Shown: positions 19,189 to 28,786 of the stretch, piece by piece
Layout of the letters: every line of letters begins with the position of its first letter
How positions within the stretch are numbered: position 1 is the first letter of the stretch
Assembly: GCA_017962125.1 (NCBI GenBank)
Contig: JAGCVZ010000008.1
Location: forward strand, 10,677-74,676
Direction of reading: 5' to 3'
Origin: Alphaproteobacteria bacterium
Lineage (GTDB): Bacteria; Pseudomonadota; Alphaproteobacteria; Rs-D84
DNA: 64,000 nt
Position numbers and translations under genes: made by a program
Notes under the pieces: generated by a model
What the model was told of the DNA's origin: nothing
Databases searched by the model: none
The model's input: the letters and a program-made list of their open reading frames with translations, nothing else

Positions 19189-20811
19189 ATGTTAATTGTA
19201 AAAAATCTTGAAAAATCATTTGATGGAAATCAGATTATAAAAAATCTGAGTTTTTCTGTTGCAGATGGCGATAAAGTTGCGGTCGTCGGGCTAAATGGTG
19301 CGGGCAAGTCAACGCTGTTCAGGATATTGCTGGACCAAATATCTTATGATTCTGGTGAGTTTTTTATGGGTAAAAAACCTCGAATTGGTTGGATGCCACA
19401 AACTGTGGATGAACTGAATCTACCGAATGATATAAATGTTTATGATTTTCTGCGTTCGGGTCGACCTTTGCCCCAAATAGAAAGTAAAATAACGGAAATT
19501 TATCAAAAAATAGCAAACGGTGACACATCTACCGAAATATTAAATTTATTGGGGCAATATCAAAATGAATTTGACAGTTGGGACGGGTATTCTGCGGAAT
19601 CAGAATTAGAAAATATGATTATCCAGATGGGGGTTCCACAAGAAAACCTTGATAAAAACCTTGGGGAATTATCAGGTGGGCAAAAGTCAAAAATATCTTT
19701 TGTTAGAACTTTGTATTCTCGTCCCGATGTTTTATTTTTGGATGAACCAACAAATCATCTGGATGCGGCTAGTCGTGAATGGATGATGAACTATTTAATC
19801 AAGACCAAATCAACTGTGATATTTATTTCGCATGATGAAGAATTTTTAACCAGAGTCGCAGATAAAGTTTTGTATTTGGATACAATGTCACATACTGGGA
19901 CTTTATATGGCTTTGGATATGATAAATTTATAAAAACTTTGGCGGAAACAAACGCAAGTTTAGAAAGACAATTTCAAAAACAAATGGACGAAATCAATAG
20001 AATACAAAAATTTATTGATGCACAGCGTGGAAAGTCTGGAAAAATTAAGCGCCAGGCACAAAGCCGTGAAAAATTGTTAGAAAAAAAGAAGCAAAATTTG
20101 GTCATTGTTTCGCAAGAAAAGAAAATAATTGATTTAGATTTGCAACCAAACAGGGCGGAAGATATTATCCCAATCGGCGTTGAAAATTTGAATTTTGCGT
20201 ATGATGCCAAAAAGCCAGTTATTAAAAAATTGTCTTTTTCATTAAACCGTGGTGAAAAATTTATTATTGTTGGTGAAAATGGTGCTGGCAAATCGACTCT
20301 ATTAAAACTGATAATGGGAATTTTGAAACCAGATTCTGGAAAAATATATATCGGTAAAAAAACAGACTTGGGGTATTATGCCCAGGAACACGAAACATTA
20401 GATTTTAATGTCAGTGTTTTTGACAATGTATCAAATGTTTCAAATTTACCAACTGTAAAATTACGTTCTGTATTAAGTCATTTTAACTTTGTGGGCGATA
20501 AATTAAAGCAAAAGGTTCAAACATTATCGCCAGGTGAACGTAGTAGGCTTGAATTATGTAAATTATGTTTAAGTGGTGCTAATACATTATTGTTGGACGA
20601 ACCTACAAATCATTTGGATGTTGCCACCAAGAAAGTAATGGCAGAAAGTTTACATGATTATGGTGGGACTTTGTTAATAGTCAGTCATGATTTAGATTTT
20701 CTTAGATATCTTGGTGTTGAAAGAATGTTAATGTTGCCCAGTGGTCGGTTGCAATTCTTTGACGAAAAAATAGTAAAAAGATACATTGATAAAGAAAAGA
20801 AACAAATATAA
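19189..20811 (+). CDS. ABC-F family ATPase (two NBDs, no TMD)
   Basis: 540 aa. Two Walker A motifs ('GLNGAGKST', 'GENGAGKST'), two signatures ('LSGGQKSK', 'LSPGERSR'), two 'LLLDEPTNHLD' motifs, and a basic interdomain linker. Confidence 0.9.
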   Translation: MLIVKNLEKSFDGNQIIKNLSFSVADGDKVAVVGLNGAGKSTLFRILLDQISYDSGEFFMGKKPRIGWMPQTVDELNLPNDINVYDFLRSGRPLPQIESKITEIYQKIANGDTSTEILNLLGQYQNEFDSWDGYSAESELENMIIQMGVPQENLDKNLGELSGGQKSKISFVRTLYSRPDVLFLDEPTNHLDAASREWMMNYLIKTKSTVIFISHDEEFLTRVADKVLYLDTMSHTGTLYGFGYDKFIKTLAETNASLERQFQKQMDEINRIQKFIDAQRGKSGKIKRQAQSREKLLEKKKQNLVIVSQEKKIIDLDLQPNRAEDIIPIGVENLNFAYDAKKPVIKKLSFSLNRGEKFIIVGENGAGKSTLLKLIMGILKPDSGKIYIGKKTDLGYYAQEHETLDFNVSVFDNVSNVSNLPTVKLRSVLSHFNFVGDKLKQKVQTLSPGERSRLELCKLCLSGANTLLLDEPTNHLDVATKKVMAESLHDYGGTLLIVSHDLDFLRYLGVERMLMLPSGRLQFFDEKIVKRYIDKEKKQI

Positions 20812-20834
20812 ACCGCGCGTGTCGCGCGGTTTGA
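20812..20834. terminator. Bidirectional hairpin terminator
   Basis: 'accgcgcg tgt cgcgcggt' 8-bp GC stem between convergent genes. Confidence 0.55.
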
Positions 20835-20836
20835 AA

Positions 20837-21259
20837 TTATTTGCCATGTTCAGGTTGTTGAGGTTTGCCTCGTTGAAAACCGAACAGTCGTGTAACAAGT
20901 TTCGCGCCATCTTTGAAAACCTCTGTTAGTCTTCCATAATCTTTTTGGGGGGCTTTAAGAATTTTTTCTTCTCTTTCATCGCTAATATGTTCTGGATATC
21001 TGATAGAATGAGCATTTTTTATTGTCCTTAGCCATTCCATCCGGCTTTCCACGATATTTGCAGAATTTGCATCATATCGTTCAAGTTCCAATTGTCGTCG
21101 TATTGGAATAATTTTACTAATCATGTCATCAATTACTTTTTCGAATTTAGCACGATCTATTGTATCCCCTTCCTTATTTATTGCACCGGCTTTTTCAAGA
21201 TTTTGCCTTAAATTATCGGTTATTTCGTTAAGTTGTTTTTCTATATCTAAGTAAGACAT
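20837..21259 (-). CDS. Hypothetical protein (downstream of the virB11-like gene)
   Basis: 140-aa ORF, coiled-coil-like, 18 nt downstream of the ATPase gene on the same strand. Confidence 0.5.
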   Translation of the reverse strand: MSYLDIEKQLNEITDNLRQNLEKAGAINKEGDTIDRAKFEKVIDDMISKIIPIRRQLELERYDANSANIVESRMEWLRTIKNAHSIRYPEHISDEREEKILKAPQKDYGRLTEVFKDGAKLVTRLFGFQRGKPQQPEHGK

Positions 21260-21277
21260 TTTTTCTCCTTTGTTTTA

Positions 21278-22246
21278 TTAAACTACTTCGGTTACTGCGC
21301 GCAAAGATCCATCACGCGACAGTTGCACAACGCGGATTTTTTGTTTCATTTCTGCAATCAAATCTGTGCGATTATACGCAGGTTGAGTGTGCAAAATTCT
21401 ATCTGCAAAGGCAGCATAGGCGGCTTCGGCACTTTCGGCATGAATCGTTGTGTAAAAATGTTCGTGCCCAGTGCCTAACATTTCCCAAAGAACCGCGGCG
21501 TTATCCGTCGATATTTCACCCCCAATAATTACGTCAGGTGTCATACGGACAACCAAATCCAGCAAACGCGCGTAGTTAAAACTGTTCGTTTGTTCGGTGC
21601 GTGACAGAACAAAGTGAACACGATTTTTCTGGGGAACGCGAATTTCCCGTGCATCTTCGACGGTGATTACGCGACTATTTTGGTCGATTAAAGTTAGCAT
21701 ATGATTCAAAAACGTTGTTTTTCCCGTTGCGGTTGCACCACTTATCAAAATAGGGCTGCCATCGTTTATTGCGGACATAAGTCTATCATATGGGTCGTCG
21801 GGCCGATTCGTTTCACGTGGTTTAACCTTCATCAACTTTTCGCCACGTTTTAAATGATAATTTTCAAAAGATGTCTCTGTGACACCGCCACCGCGTATAT
21901 TTAGTGCGACACCGCCCGTTATATCGCGTTCATCATATTGAACATTAGGACCAGCAATAGCACTAAAACGGTGATTGCCTGGCAAGGTTGCATAAACAAC
22001 AGGTATCCCATGAATCGGGTCAAACGGACGTTCATAAATGTTCGCGATCGTATGAATCAAATCAACAAGATATTGTTTGCTAAGCACTGGGGCATCGTAT
22101 GCAACCCACGGAACACGTGCGTCGTGCAAACGCATCCATACTTCGCCGGCGTGGTTGATTGCGATTTCTTCAACAAAAGATGGTCGATAAAATTCCGCAA
22201 TCGGTTTCAATAAAGATTCTAATACAACATTCGTCATCAAATTCAT
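21278..22246 (-). CDS. virB11: VirB11-family type IV secretion / traffic ATPase
   Basis: Walker A 'ISGATATGKTTFLN', 'RVITVEDAREI', 'RMTPDVIIGGEI' and His-box 'GTGHEHFYTTIHA'. About 320 aa. ATG at 22246 or 22237; the track start at 22273 is TTG. Confidence 0.8.
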   Translation of the reverse strand: MNLMTNVVLESLLKPIAEFYRPSFVEEIAINHAGEVWMRLHDARVPWVAYDAPVLSKQYLVDLIHTIANIYERPFDPIHGIPVVYATLPGNHRFSAIAGPNVQYDERDITGGVALNIRGGGVTETSFENYHLKRGEKLMKVKPRETNRPDDPYDRLMSAINDGSPILISGATATGKTTFLNHMLTLIDQNSRVITVEDAREIRVPQKNRVHFVLSRTEQTNSFNYARLLDLVVRMTPDVIIGGEISTDNAAVLWEMLGTGHEHFYTTIHAESAEAAYAAFADRILHTQPAYNRTDLIAEMKQKIRVVQLSRDGSLRAVTEVV

Positions 22247-22314
22247 TTTATCATAAATCGTCACTTGAATCAAAAAAGTTTATTTGATAAAATCAAAAAA
22301 AAGAGAGAAAGAAA

Positions 22315-22872
22315 ATGAAGAAATTATTTATTACTATTTTTGTTGGATTGCTTGCATTGGCGGGCTGTTCGGCGGATAAACCGTATAATACATCTGATTT
22401 TGCTAATGGCGGTGACGATGCGCCGTTCTATAATGAACGGACAAGTACGTTTATGCAATCTGATAATGAATACGCCGGAATCGATTCTTATAAACCTAAA
22501 ACGGACAAAGAATTGGATGAAATGGAACAACGTTGGAATACGTCACGCATGGAGACACGGTGGCAAGAATATCGTGGCGCAATGGTTCGGGTTCAAATAC
22601 TGCTTGGTAATACCGATTTACGTGAAATGCGCTTGCGTTTGATGCAAAATGCAGATGGTATGGATATTGATGGTGATATTCGTACTGTTTTATCGCGTGT
22701 GGCGGATTATGAGATGAAACGTGTTTGTGGTCGTAATGCCGATAGCATTGTTCTAGTATATGATAGACCGTCATTTGAATCGATGCGACCGACACCGTTC
22801 TTTGATTATAGGGTCGAAGCCGAAGGCGTGACGATGCGCGAATATGGTTTCAGATGCGTTTACAACAACTAA
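22315..22872 (+). CDS. Lipoprotein, unknown function
   Basis: Lipobox 'LLALAGC' after 'MKKLFITIFVG'. 185 aa. Confidence 0.6.
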   Translation: MKKLFITIFVGLLALAGCSADKPYNTSDFANGGDDAPFYNERTSTFMQSDNEYAGIDSYKPKTDKELDEMEQRWNTSRMETRWQEYRGAMVRVQILLGNTDLREMRLRLMQNADGMDIDGDIRTVLSRVADYEMKRVCGRNADSIVLVYDRPSFESMRPTPFFDYRVEAEGVTMREYGFRCVYNN

Positions 22873-22910
22873 ACAAAGTAAACAAACAAGAAAAACAAAA
22901 AGGAAAAAGA

Positions 22911-23243
22911 ATGAAAAAAATGCTTGGTATATTCGGTCTGTGTGGGGCATTGTTCTGCGCGGGTTGTGATGCGGGTGATACTACTGCCCAAAACGGTGAT
23001 ACTGTCATTATTAATTTTGCTGGGTATTTAGACGGTGTCGCGTTCGAAGGTGGAACAGCGGAATCGTTTCCTTTGGTTTTAGGCAGTGGTCAATTCGTTC
23101 CAGGGTTTGAAGAACAGTTGATTGGTGCTAAAAAGGGCGAAGAACGTGATTTGAACATCACTTTCCCGGAACAATATGTTCCAAGCCTTGCCGGTAAAGA
23201 TGTCGTGTTTAAGGTAAAGGTCGTTGATATTCAAAAGAAATAA
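22911..23243 (+). CDS. FKBP-type peptidyl-prolyl isomerase lipoprotein (trigger-factor PPIase-domain-like)
   Basis: ATG at 22911. Lipobox 'LFCAGC'. The rest ('GDTVIINFAGYLDGVAFEGGTAESFPLVLGSGQFVPGFEEQLIGAKKGEERDLNITFPEQY...LAGKDVVFKVKV') is collinear with the trigger-factor PPIase domain. Confidence 0.75.
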   Translation: MKKMLGIFGLCGALFCAGCDAGDTTAQNGDTVIINFAGYLDGVAFEGGTAESFPLVLGSGQFVPGFEEQLIGAKKGEERDLNITFPEQYVPSLAGKDVVFKVKVVDIQKK

Positions 23244-23259
23244 TTTGAATGTATTTAGG

Positions 23260-23289
23260 AAAAACGCCGGATTTTTGCCGGCGTTTTTC
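23260..23289. terminator. Bidirectional intrinsic terminator
   Basis: 'aaaaacgccgg atttttg ccggcgttttt'. Confidence 0.75.
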
Positions 23290-23580
23290 TTAATTTTGTT
23301 TCATATGCTCGCGTGTGCGTTCAAAAGCATATCGATTGCAAATAACGTTTTGTAATTCGTTTAAAGTGTCCAGTGTTGACCGACGATAACCAAGTGTTGT
23401 TTCTATTTTGTCTTTTGAAAGTGTAATACTGAACGTCGTATTTATCCTCTTTTGCAAATCGTCCGTTTTCCCCTTTTTGCGGAGAACAAGATGAATCAAC
23501 AAATCAGGGTGTTTTCGGAAAATGTCCGCACATTTTGAATAATATTCATTATATAAAGTTAAAAAACCTTCGGTTGCCAT
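23290..23580 (-). CDS. Hypothetical protein
   Basis: 96-aa ORF, 1-nt gap from the upstream 613-aa ORF (operon). Confidence 0.5.
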   Translation of the reverse strand: MATEGFLTLYNEYYSKCADIFRKHPDLLIHLVLRKKGKTDDLQKRINTTFSITLSKDKIETTLGYRRSTLDTLNELQNVICNRYAFERTREHMKQN

Positions 23581-23581
23581 T

Positions 23582-25423
23582 TTATTTTTCTTTGTCTTTT
23601 AACTGTTCAAAACGTCCATTTATAACATTTTGAATATAGTCACTGGTTTGACCATTTTTTATTATGGCTTTTACCATATCTTCAATAGTGTTTGATGCCC
23701 TGTCTATCTCTGGAATACGGATGCCAAACGTTTTTTCGCATTCGTTATATAACCTGATTACATCAGAAGAAGTCGCATGTAATTTTTCCCCCAATGATGC
23801 CGACAATGTTATATTTGTTGGTTCGGCGTTCAGAATTTCAGAAATAGTAGGCCGGGTGGCTTCAAGTATTTTGGAATTTATAACCAATTGCTTGTATTCC
23901 CAATATGTTCGACAGTTGGACAAGTTATACACTGATATTCTAACGCAATTCCTTTCTAAAACACTTTTAAAATGTCCAAATCTTGGAATGGACTTGTTAA
24001 TAATTCCCCACAACGGATGCATTTCGGAAATAGGAATGCGCAAATCTTCGGCCAATCCCCTTTTAACTAGCGATTTATAGGCGTTTGAACAAACATTGTA
24101 AACATTAACATTGTTGTCTTCTAAATTTATAGCGGTATAAAAATTTCTACGCAACCATTTGTTAAGTTCATTTTTCATACCGTTTGAAGATTTTTCGGTA
24201 TTAGGGAACAAGTAACAAATTTTGTCCCATCTCTGAATACTGGTGCTACGGTTTTTAAGCATAGAATTTATCTTGTTAATGGTTATTGCGAAAACTTCAT
24301 CACGACTTAACAATTTGCTTTTGGAAGAACCATGAACTTTCTCTTCCGAATTTTCTGAAGCAATCTGAATTTCGTCGAATAATTTTTTTCGTTGGTCTTG
24401 TGAATTTTTTATTTCTTCATAAACATACGTATAAAGGTTATTAACCCGAGTGCCAGATATATCGTAATTTACTTTTATATTGAAATCTTTTTGAACCTCG
24501 GTTTTTATACTATCAGATTTTATCGGTGAAATTATAAAACTGGACATGTTTGGACGTCTGGTAAAGTCTTCGGAAAGTGTTGTATATCTAAACATTATTT
24601 TATCAATTTTAACTTTGACTCTTTCCATCACTACAAAATCTTCAAGTTCTTCATAAGATTTAAAACTTGATACTTTATCTTCCAGTTCTTTGGTAAATAA
24701 TTTGTTTGCCTGTTTTTCTGATGGTACCCAAATTTCCAAATCTTTTTTTAACCTAGCCACAAGGCACCCAGCAGATGTAGCATACCAAATTGGTTTCCAA
24801 AAAGAATCCATCCCTTCACATTCTTCCTCTGGACTTATAGCCCTACCTTGGGCGACCAAATCATACGTTATTTGACAAGCGATGTTATAAACATATGTAT
24901 CTGGATTGAAATTCATTTCGGTTGTTAGCGACAAATCCTTCCACAGTTTTGTCAAAACCGCGTCAATTTCTTTTTCACGCTCTGACCCCAATTTCTTTTT
25001 TAAATCACAAATTTTATTGTCAAGTTGAGTTTCAACAACGGTATTAAGTATTGAAAGAACATGACCAAAAACTCTCCGGTTATTCCACATTTTTGTTTCA
25101 GATACAGGAACGCCCACTGTTCGTTGTGATTTCGAAGAGACATCTTTTTGTTGGCGCAACTTTTGCCTCTTATATTCGGAATGCACCATAGATTTTTGAA
25201 TAATTTTGCAAAGTTCTTCTGTGCTAATACCTGATATATCGCAATTCAAAAACACCCCAAATTTATCCTTAATATCTTGTTTAATAAGGCGGATGTTTGC
25301 GGCCGGAAGTTGTATAATATCACCAATCTTTTTTGATGCATCATCAACATCCTCGAAATGAGGTTGAAATATAATATCTATTATTTGTCTCTTTATATCG
25401 TTATATTGCATCGTTTTTGCCAT
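23582..25423 (-). CDS. Hypothetical 613-aa protein with three ACP-helix-like motifs
   Basis: Long uninterrupted ORF. Three spaced copies of an 'F(G/N)(V/I)x(I/L/V)...(D/I)....T/V..(E/N/D)(L/M)....I' segment: 'DKFGVFLNCDISGISTEELCKII', 'KDFNIKVNYDISGTRVNNLYTYV', 'KTFGIRIPEIDRASNTIEDMVKAI'. Confidence 0.55.
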   Translation of the reverse strand: MAKTMQYNDIKRQIIDIIFQPHFEDVDDASKKIGDIIQLPAANIRLIKQDIKDKFGVFLNCDISGISTEELCKIIQKSMVHSEYKRQKLRQQKDVSSKSQRTVGVPVSETKMWNNRRVFGHVLSILNTVVETQLDNKICDLKKKLGSEREKEIDAVLTKLWKDLSLTTEMNFNPDTYVYNIACQITYDLVAQGRAISPEEECEGMDSFWKPIWYATSAGCLVARLKKDLEIWVPSEKQANKLFTKELEDKVSSFKSYEELEDFVVMERVKVKIDKIMFRYTTLSEDFTRRPNMSSFIISPIKSDSIKTEVQKDFNIKVNYDISGTRVNNLYTYVYEEIKNSQDQRKKLFDEIQIASENSEEKVHGSSKSKLLSRDEVFAITINKINSMLKNRSTSIQRWDKICYLFPNTEKSSNGMKNELNKWLRRNFYTAINLEDNNVNVYNVCSNAYKSLVKRGLAEDLRIPISEMHPLWGIINKSIPRFGHFKSVLERNCVRISVYNLSNCRTYWEYKQLVINSKILEATRPTISEILNAEPTNITLSASLGEKLHATSSDVIRLYNECEKTFGIRIPEIDRASNTIEDMVKAIIKNGQTSDYIQNVINGRFEQLKDKEK

Positions 25424-25496
25424 TGACTATTTTGTGCTTAATACAAAGAACACCACAGTTGGCAATGATATACCAAATAATATGATTGTCAATAAA

Positions 25497-26309
25497 TTAT
25501 TCGTCTATGGCAACAATGAAAATTCCGCGTTCGTTTGCGCGTTTTATTACATCTTCGCGATGCACAACAAAGCATGTTTTAGTATTCACAACAATTCCAT
25601 GTAATTTTGCATCCGCAACTGCATTTATTGTATCTACGCCAATCGCGGGGATATCTATGCGTAAATCCTGACCTGGTTTGGTCATTTTTGCAAAAACTCC
25701 GCCGGTTTTCTTGCGGTTTTTGCGCATTTCAACTACACGTTCCAGCATCTTTGCGGTTCCTTCGGCAGCCTCTACCGCGATGACTTGTTTGTCCACAACA
25801 ACAGATGCACCGATGTCGGCGGCGCCGATAGTATGCGAGACATCAATCGCGCGTTCTATGTTCGCTATATCCGCCCGCGCAGGTTTTTTCTTTGTCAGAA
25901 TCCCAGCATGTTCAAAAGTTAGTTCTGGTGCTAAGTCTTGAGCCGCAACAACTTCAAAACCCGCATCTGTCATAATTTTATTCAAAGCAACAGCCATAGA
26001 ATCATACCCCCGTTGATGTTTTATCATTTTTAAAAGCGCGAAAAGAGTCCACAAATCTGGACGTAAGTCTGAAAGATTTGGATGTCCGATTGCGCCTACA
26101 AATATAACCTTCTTAATACCTAAACGTCGTGCCGTATGTATTGCACGTCCGGCACCCCCAAGCCGAATAACCAAATCTGGGTTTAGTTTTGGGTCATAGA
26201 AATTTTTAAGCCCGATTACAAATACATCAAAACCACGCCGTCGTAATGCGTCGCGCGTTAAAATCGGCAAATCCAGTGCCCCAGCAACTATCGCAATCTT
26301 TTTTTTCAT
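25497..26309 (-). CDS. lpxI: UDP-2,3-diacylglucosamine pyrophosphatase LpxI (DUF1009)
   Basis: 'IAIVAGALDLP' N-terminus and 'KMTKPGQDLRIDIPAIGVDTI' (the K-P-x-QD-x-R-x-D-x-P-x-IG motif of LpxI). ATG at 26309; the track start at 26330 is TTG. Confidence 0.75.
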   Translation of the reverse strand: MKKKIAIVAGALDLPILTRDALRRRGFDVFVIGLKNFYDPKLNPDLVIRLGGAGRAIHTARRLGIKKVIFVGAIGHPNLSDLRPDLWTLFALLKMIKHQRGYDSMAVALNKIMTDAGFEVVAAQDLAPELTFEHAGILTKKKPARADIANIERAIDVSHTIGAADIGASVVVDKQVIAVEAAEGTAKMLERVVEMRKNRKKTGGVFAKMTKPGQDLRIDIPAIGVDTINAVADAKLHGIVVNTKTCFVVHREDVIKRANERGIFIVAIDE

Positions 26310-26399
26310 ATGTTTATATGTTAATCGCAAATCATACTGGAATCAAGTCGGATTTTGTGATAAAATAGTTTCAAGTTATTAAATGGATGGAATTATCAA

Positions 26400-27173
26400 A
26401 TGAAAAAAATATCTTATTTTCTATTAGCATCTTTAGTGGGCATTTTTGGCGCGAATGCCGATACTAAAGATTTTAAAGGTGAAATTCGCAAAGGACTTAG
26501 AAATTCCGGCGGATATACATATTCTCGTTCGCAGAATAGGGCGAACGTTGTCGGTGAACTTGGACACGAGGTGTTCTACGACGATTGCCCTGCTGAATAT
26601 GATGGAGATGATGAATATCGTTTGTTCGTACCAACGTCAATGTACGTGCGTATGGGTGGTGGTATAAATCTGGGGTTTGCAACCAAAAAGGCGCGTGTTG
26701 CAGATGAAACGTATGTCGCCAAAGATTCGTGGAATGTACTGATTGGTCTTGGGTGGAATTTATCCTCTTATGTTCGTACAGAGGTAGAATTCCAACATCT
26801 TGATTTTAAATTTAGTGATTTAGATGGGGCAAACGCGTATCACAACACACTAAATGGGATGCTTTATTTCGATTTTGCTCGTCGTTATGTTCAAAATGGT
26901 GACATTACCTATCGTCGTACAATAGTTCCTTTTATGGGGATCGGTGCGGGAATCGGTATGTATGATTTTGATGGTTCAAATGGCGCAGGTGGTTTGACAG
27001 TGGCGGCACCGCGGGCGGAATTTGGTGTGAATTTCATGATTAATGATATAATTGGGTTGGATATTTATTATCAATACCAAATGTTAATAGAACATGGCTT
27101 TGGATGGAATACAAAACGCATAGGTGTTGATAATATAAGCAACATAATGGCAACATTTCGTATGAACTTTTGA
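26400..27173 (+). CDS. Small outer-membrane beta-barrel protein
   Basis: Signal peptide 'MKKISYFLLASLVGIFGANA', alternating aromatic/Gly strands, and C-terminal 'TFRMNF'. Confidence 0.65.
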   Translation: MKKISYFLLASLVGIFGANADTKDFKGEIRKGLRNSGGYTYSRSQNRANVVGELGHEVFYDDCPAEYDGDDEYRLFVPTSMYVRMGGGINLGFATKKARVADETYVAKDSWNVLIGLGWNLSSYVRTEVEFQHLDFKFSDLDGANAYHNTLNGMLYFDFARRYVQNGDITYRRTIVPFMGIGAGIGMYDFDGSNGAGGLTVAAPRAEFGVNFMINDIIGLDIYYQYQMLIEHGFGWNTKRIGVDNISNIMATFRMNF

Positions 27174-27184
27174 TGGGGGAAGCG

Positions 27185-27820
27185 ATGAAAAAATTACTAG
27201 TTAGTCTTTTTTGTTTGATGCCGGTGATGGCAAACGCGACTATGATATATCGTGTTCAAAAAACATGGGGCGAAAATGGGGAAAACGGAAGCCACGAAGC
27301 GTTCGCGTCGAAGCATCGTTTTTATGCTGGTGGTATGTATGATTTTTCAATGTGGCGGGATTATACGGCTGATGATATGGTTGCAGATGGCAAGGATACG
27401 TCTGGTTTTGATTTGTTACTGGGGTTTCGTTTGTTTGACACGTTCAGAATTGAAGCAGATTATTTGAACACACGAGCAAAGTGGAATGATGTTTCTGTAA
27501 AGACGAATACTGTATTTTTGAATATGATTGTAGATGCGCGGATAGATGGGCTTTATCGCATGCTTTACAATCAAAAAATAGTTCCGTATGTTGGTGCAGG
27601 TTTTGGTGCAACATGGTTCAACAGTGATGATATAGAAATGGAAAATGACACAGTTCCATCATTTGCCGCGCTTGCAGGGATAGGGCTTGAGCTGAGTGAA
27701 CATTTTGCGTTGGACTTTGGTTATCGTTATGTATATATGTTAAAACCCAAAGTCGAAGGAGCGCATGATTTGATACCACATGCACATCAATTACGTGTCG
27801 GAGCGCATATAAATTTCTAA
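27185..27820 (+). CDS. Small outer-membrane beta-barrel protein (paralogue-like neighbour)
   Basis: ATG at 27185. Signal peptide 'MKKLLVSLFCLMPVMANA'. 'VPYVGAGFGATW' and C-terminal 'RVGAHINF'. Confidence 0.65.
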   Translation: MKKLLVSLFCLMPVMANATMIYRVQKTWGENGENGSHEAFASKHRFYAGGMYDFSMWRDYTADDMVADGKDTSGFDLLLGFRLFDTFRIEADYLNTRAKWNDVSVKTNTVFLNMIVDARIDGLYRMLYNQKIVPYVGAGFGATWFNSDDIEMENDTVPSFAALAGIGLELSEHFALDFGYRYVYMLKPKVEGAHDLIPHAHQLRVGAHINF

Positions 27821-27836
27821 AACTTGGGGCGCACAG

Positions 27837-28760
27837 ATGAAGAAATGCCCATTATTTTCAATCTGCGGAGGCTGTCGATACGATTTCACAGCGCAGAATT
27901 ATCGCACAGAAAAAATCAAAAAGTTAGACGGTTGGAAATTATCGGCTGAACCTTTTTGGACTGCGCCAGGTGCGCGTCGTCGTGCAGATTTCTGTTTTTC
28001 TGGGGGAAATTTTGGTTTTTATGAACGCGGAACAAAAAATATAATTCGCGTTGATATGTGTCCGAATTTACTGCCCGAAATAAATGCAATTTTACCGAAA
28101 CTTTCCACATTGCCATGGGTTGGAACTGGTTCGGCATTGGTAACGGTGTGCGATAACGGAATTGACTTGGCGATAAATTCTGATGTGCCATATTTCACGC
28201 GCGAATTCAAAGAATCTGTTTCCAAATTACCATTGATTCGCGTTACATGGAACGGGGATATTGTTACCCAAACTATCATGCCAAAAATAAGTTTTGCGGG
28301 TCACACAGTTGACTATCCCCCAAACGCATTTTTGCAACCGACCGGCATTAGCGAAAACGCAATGCGTGAATTTGTAGCATCGCATATTGAACCAGATACG
28401 CGCGTTGCGGATTTATTCTGTGGCCTTGGGAATTTTACATTTGTAACAAATGCAGACGGATTTGATGTGGCGGGAACCGGCATAAAGCGTGATTTATTCA
28501 AAAATCCATTGTCGGTAAAAATGTTGAACACATACGATGTTGTGATAATGGATCCACCGCGCGCCGGGGCATTGGCGCAAACAAAACTTATCGCCGAATC
28601 AAATGTGAAAAAGGTGATTTATGTTTCTTGCAATCCAGTAACTTTGCGTCGCGACGCAAAAATACTAACTAATGCTGGATACAAAATCACCACCACCGCA
28701 GCATTTGACCAATTCGTAGGCAGCGACCATTGGGAAATCGCAGTTGTGTTTGAAAGGTGA
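27837..28760 (+). CDS. RumA/TrmA-family SAM-dependent RNA (uracil-5)-methyltransferase lacking TRAM domain
   Basis: 'CPLFSICGGCRY' Fe-S Cys cluster, 'DLFCGLGNFT', 'VIMDPPRAG' and 'YVSCNPVTLRRD'. Confidence 0.8.
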   Translation: MKKCPLFSICGGCRYDFTAQNYRTEKIKKLDGWKLSAEPFWTAPGARRRADFCFSGGNFGFYERGTKNIIRVDMCPNLLPEINAILPKLSTLPWVGTGSALVTVCDNGIDLAINSDVPYFTREFKESVSKLPLIRVTWNGDIVTQTIMPKISFAGHTVDYPPNAFLQPTGISENAMREFVASHIEPDTRVADLFCGLGNFTFVTNADGFDVAGTGIKRDLFKNPLSVKMLNTYDVVIMDPPRAGALAQTKLIAESNVKKVIYVSCNPVTLRRDAKILTNAGYKITTTAAFDQFVGSDHWEIAVVFER

Positions 28761-28786
28761 TAAAAACAAAATTACGGCTTATATAC

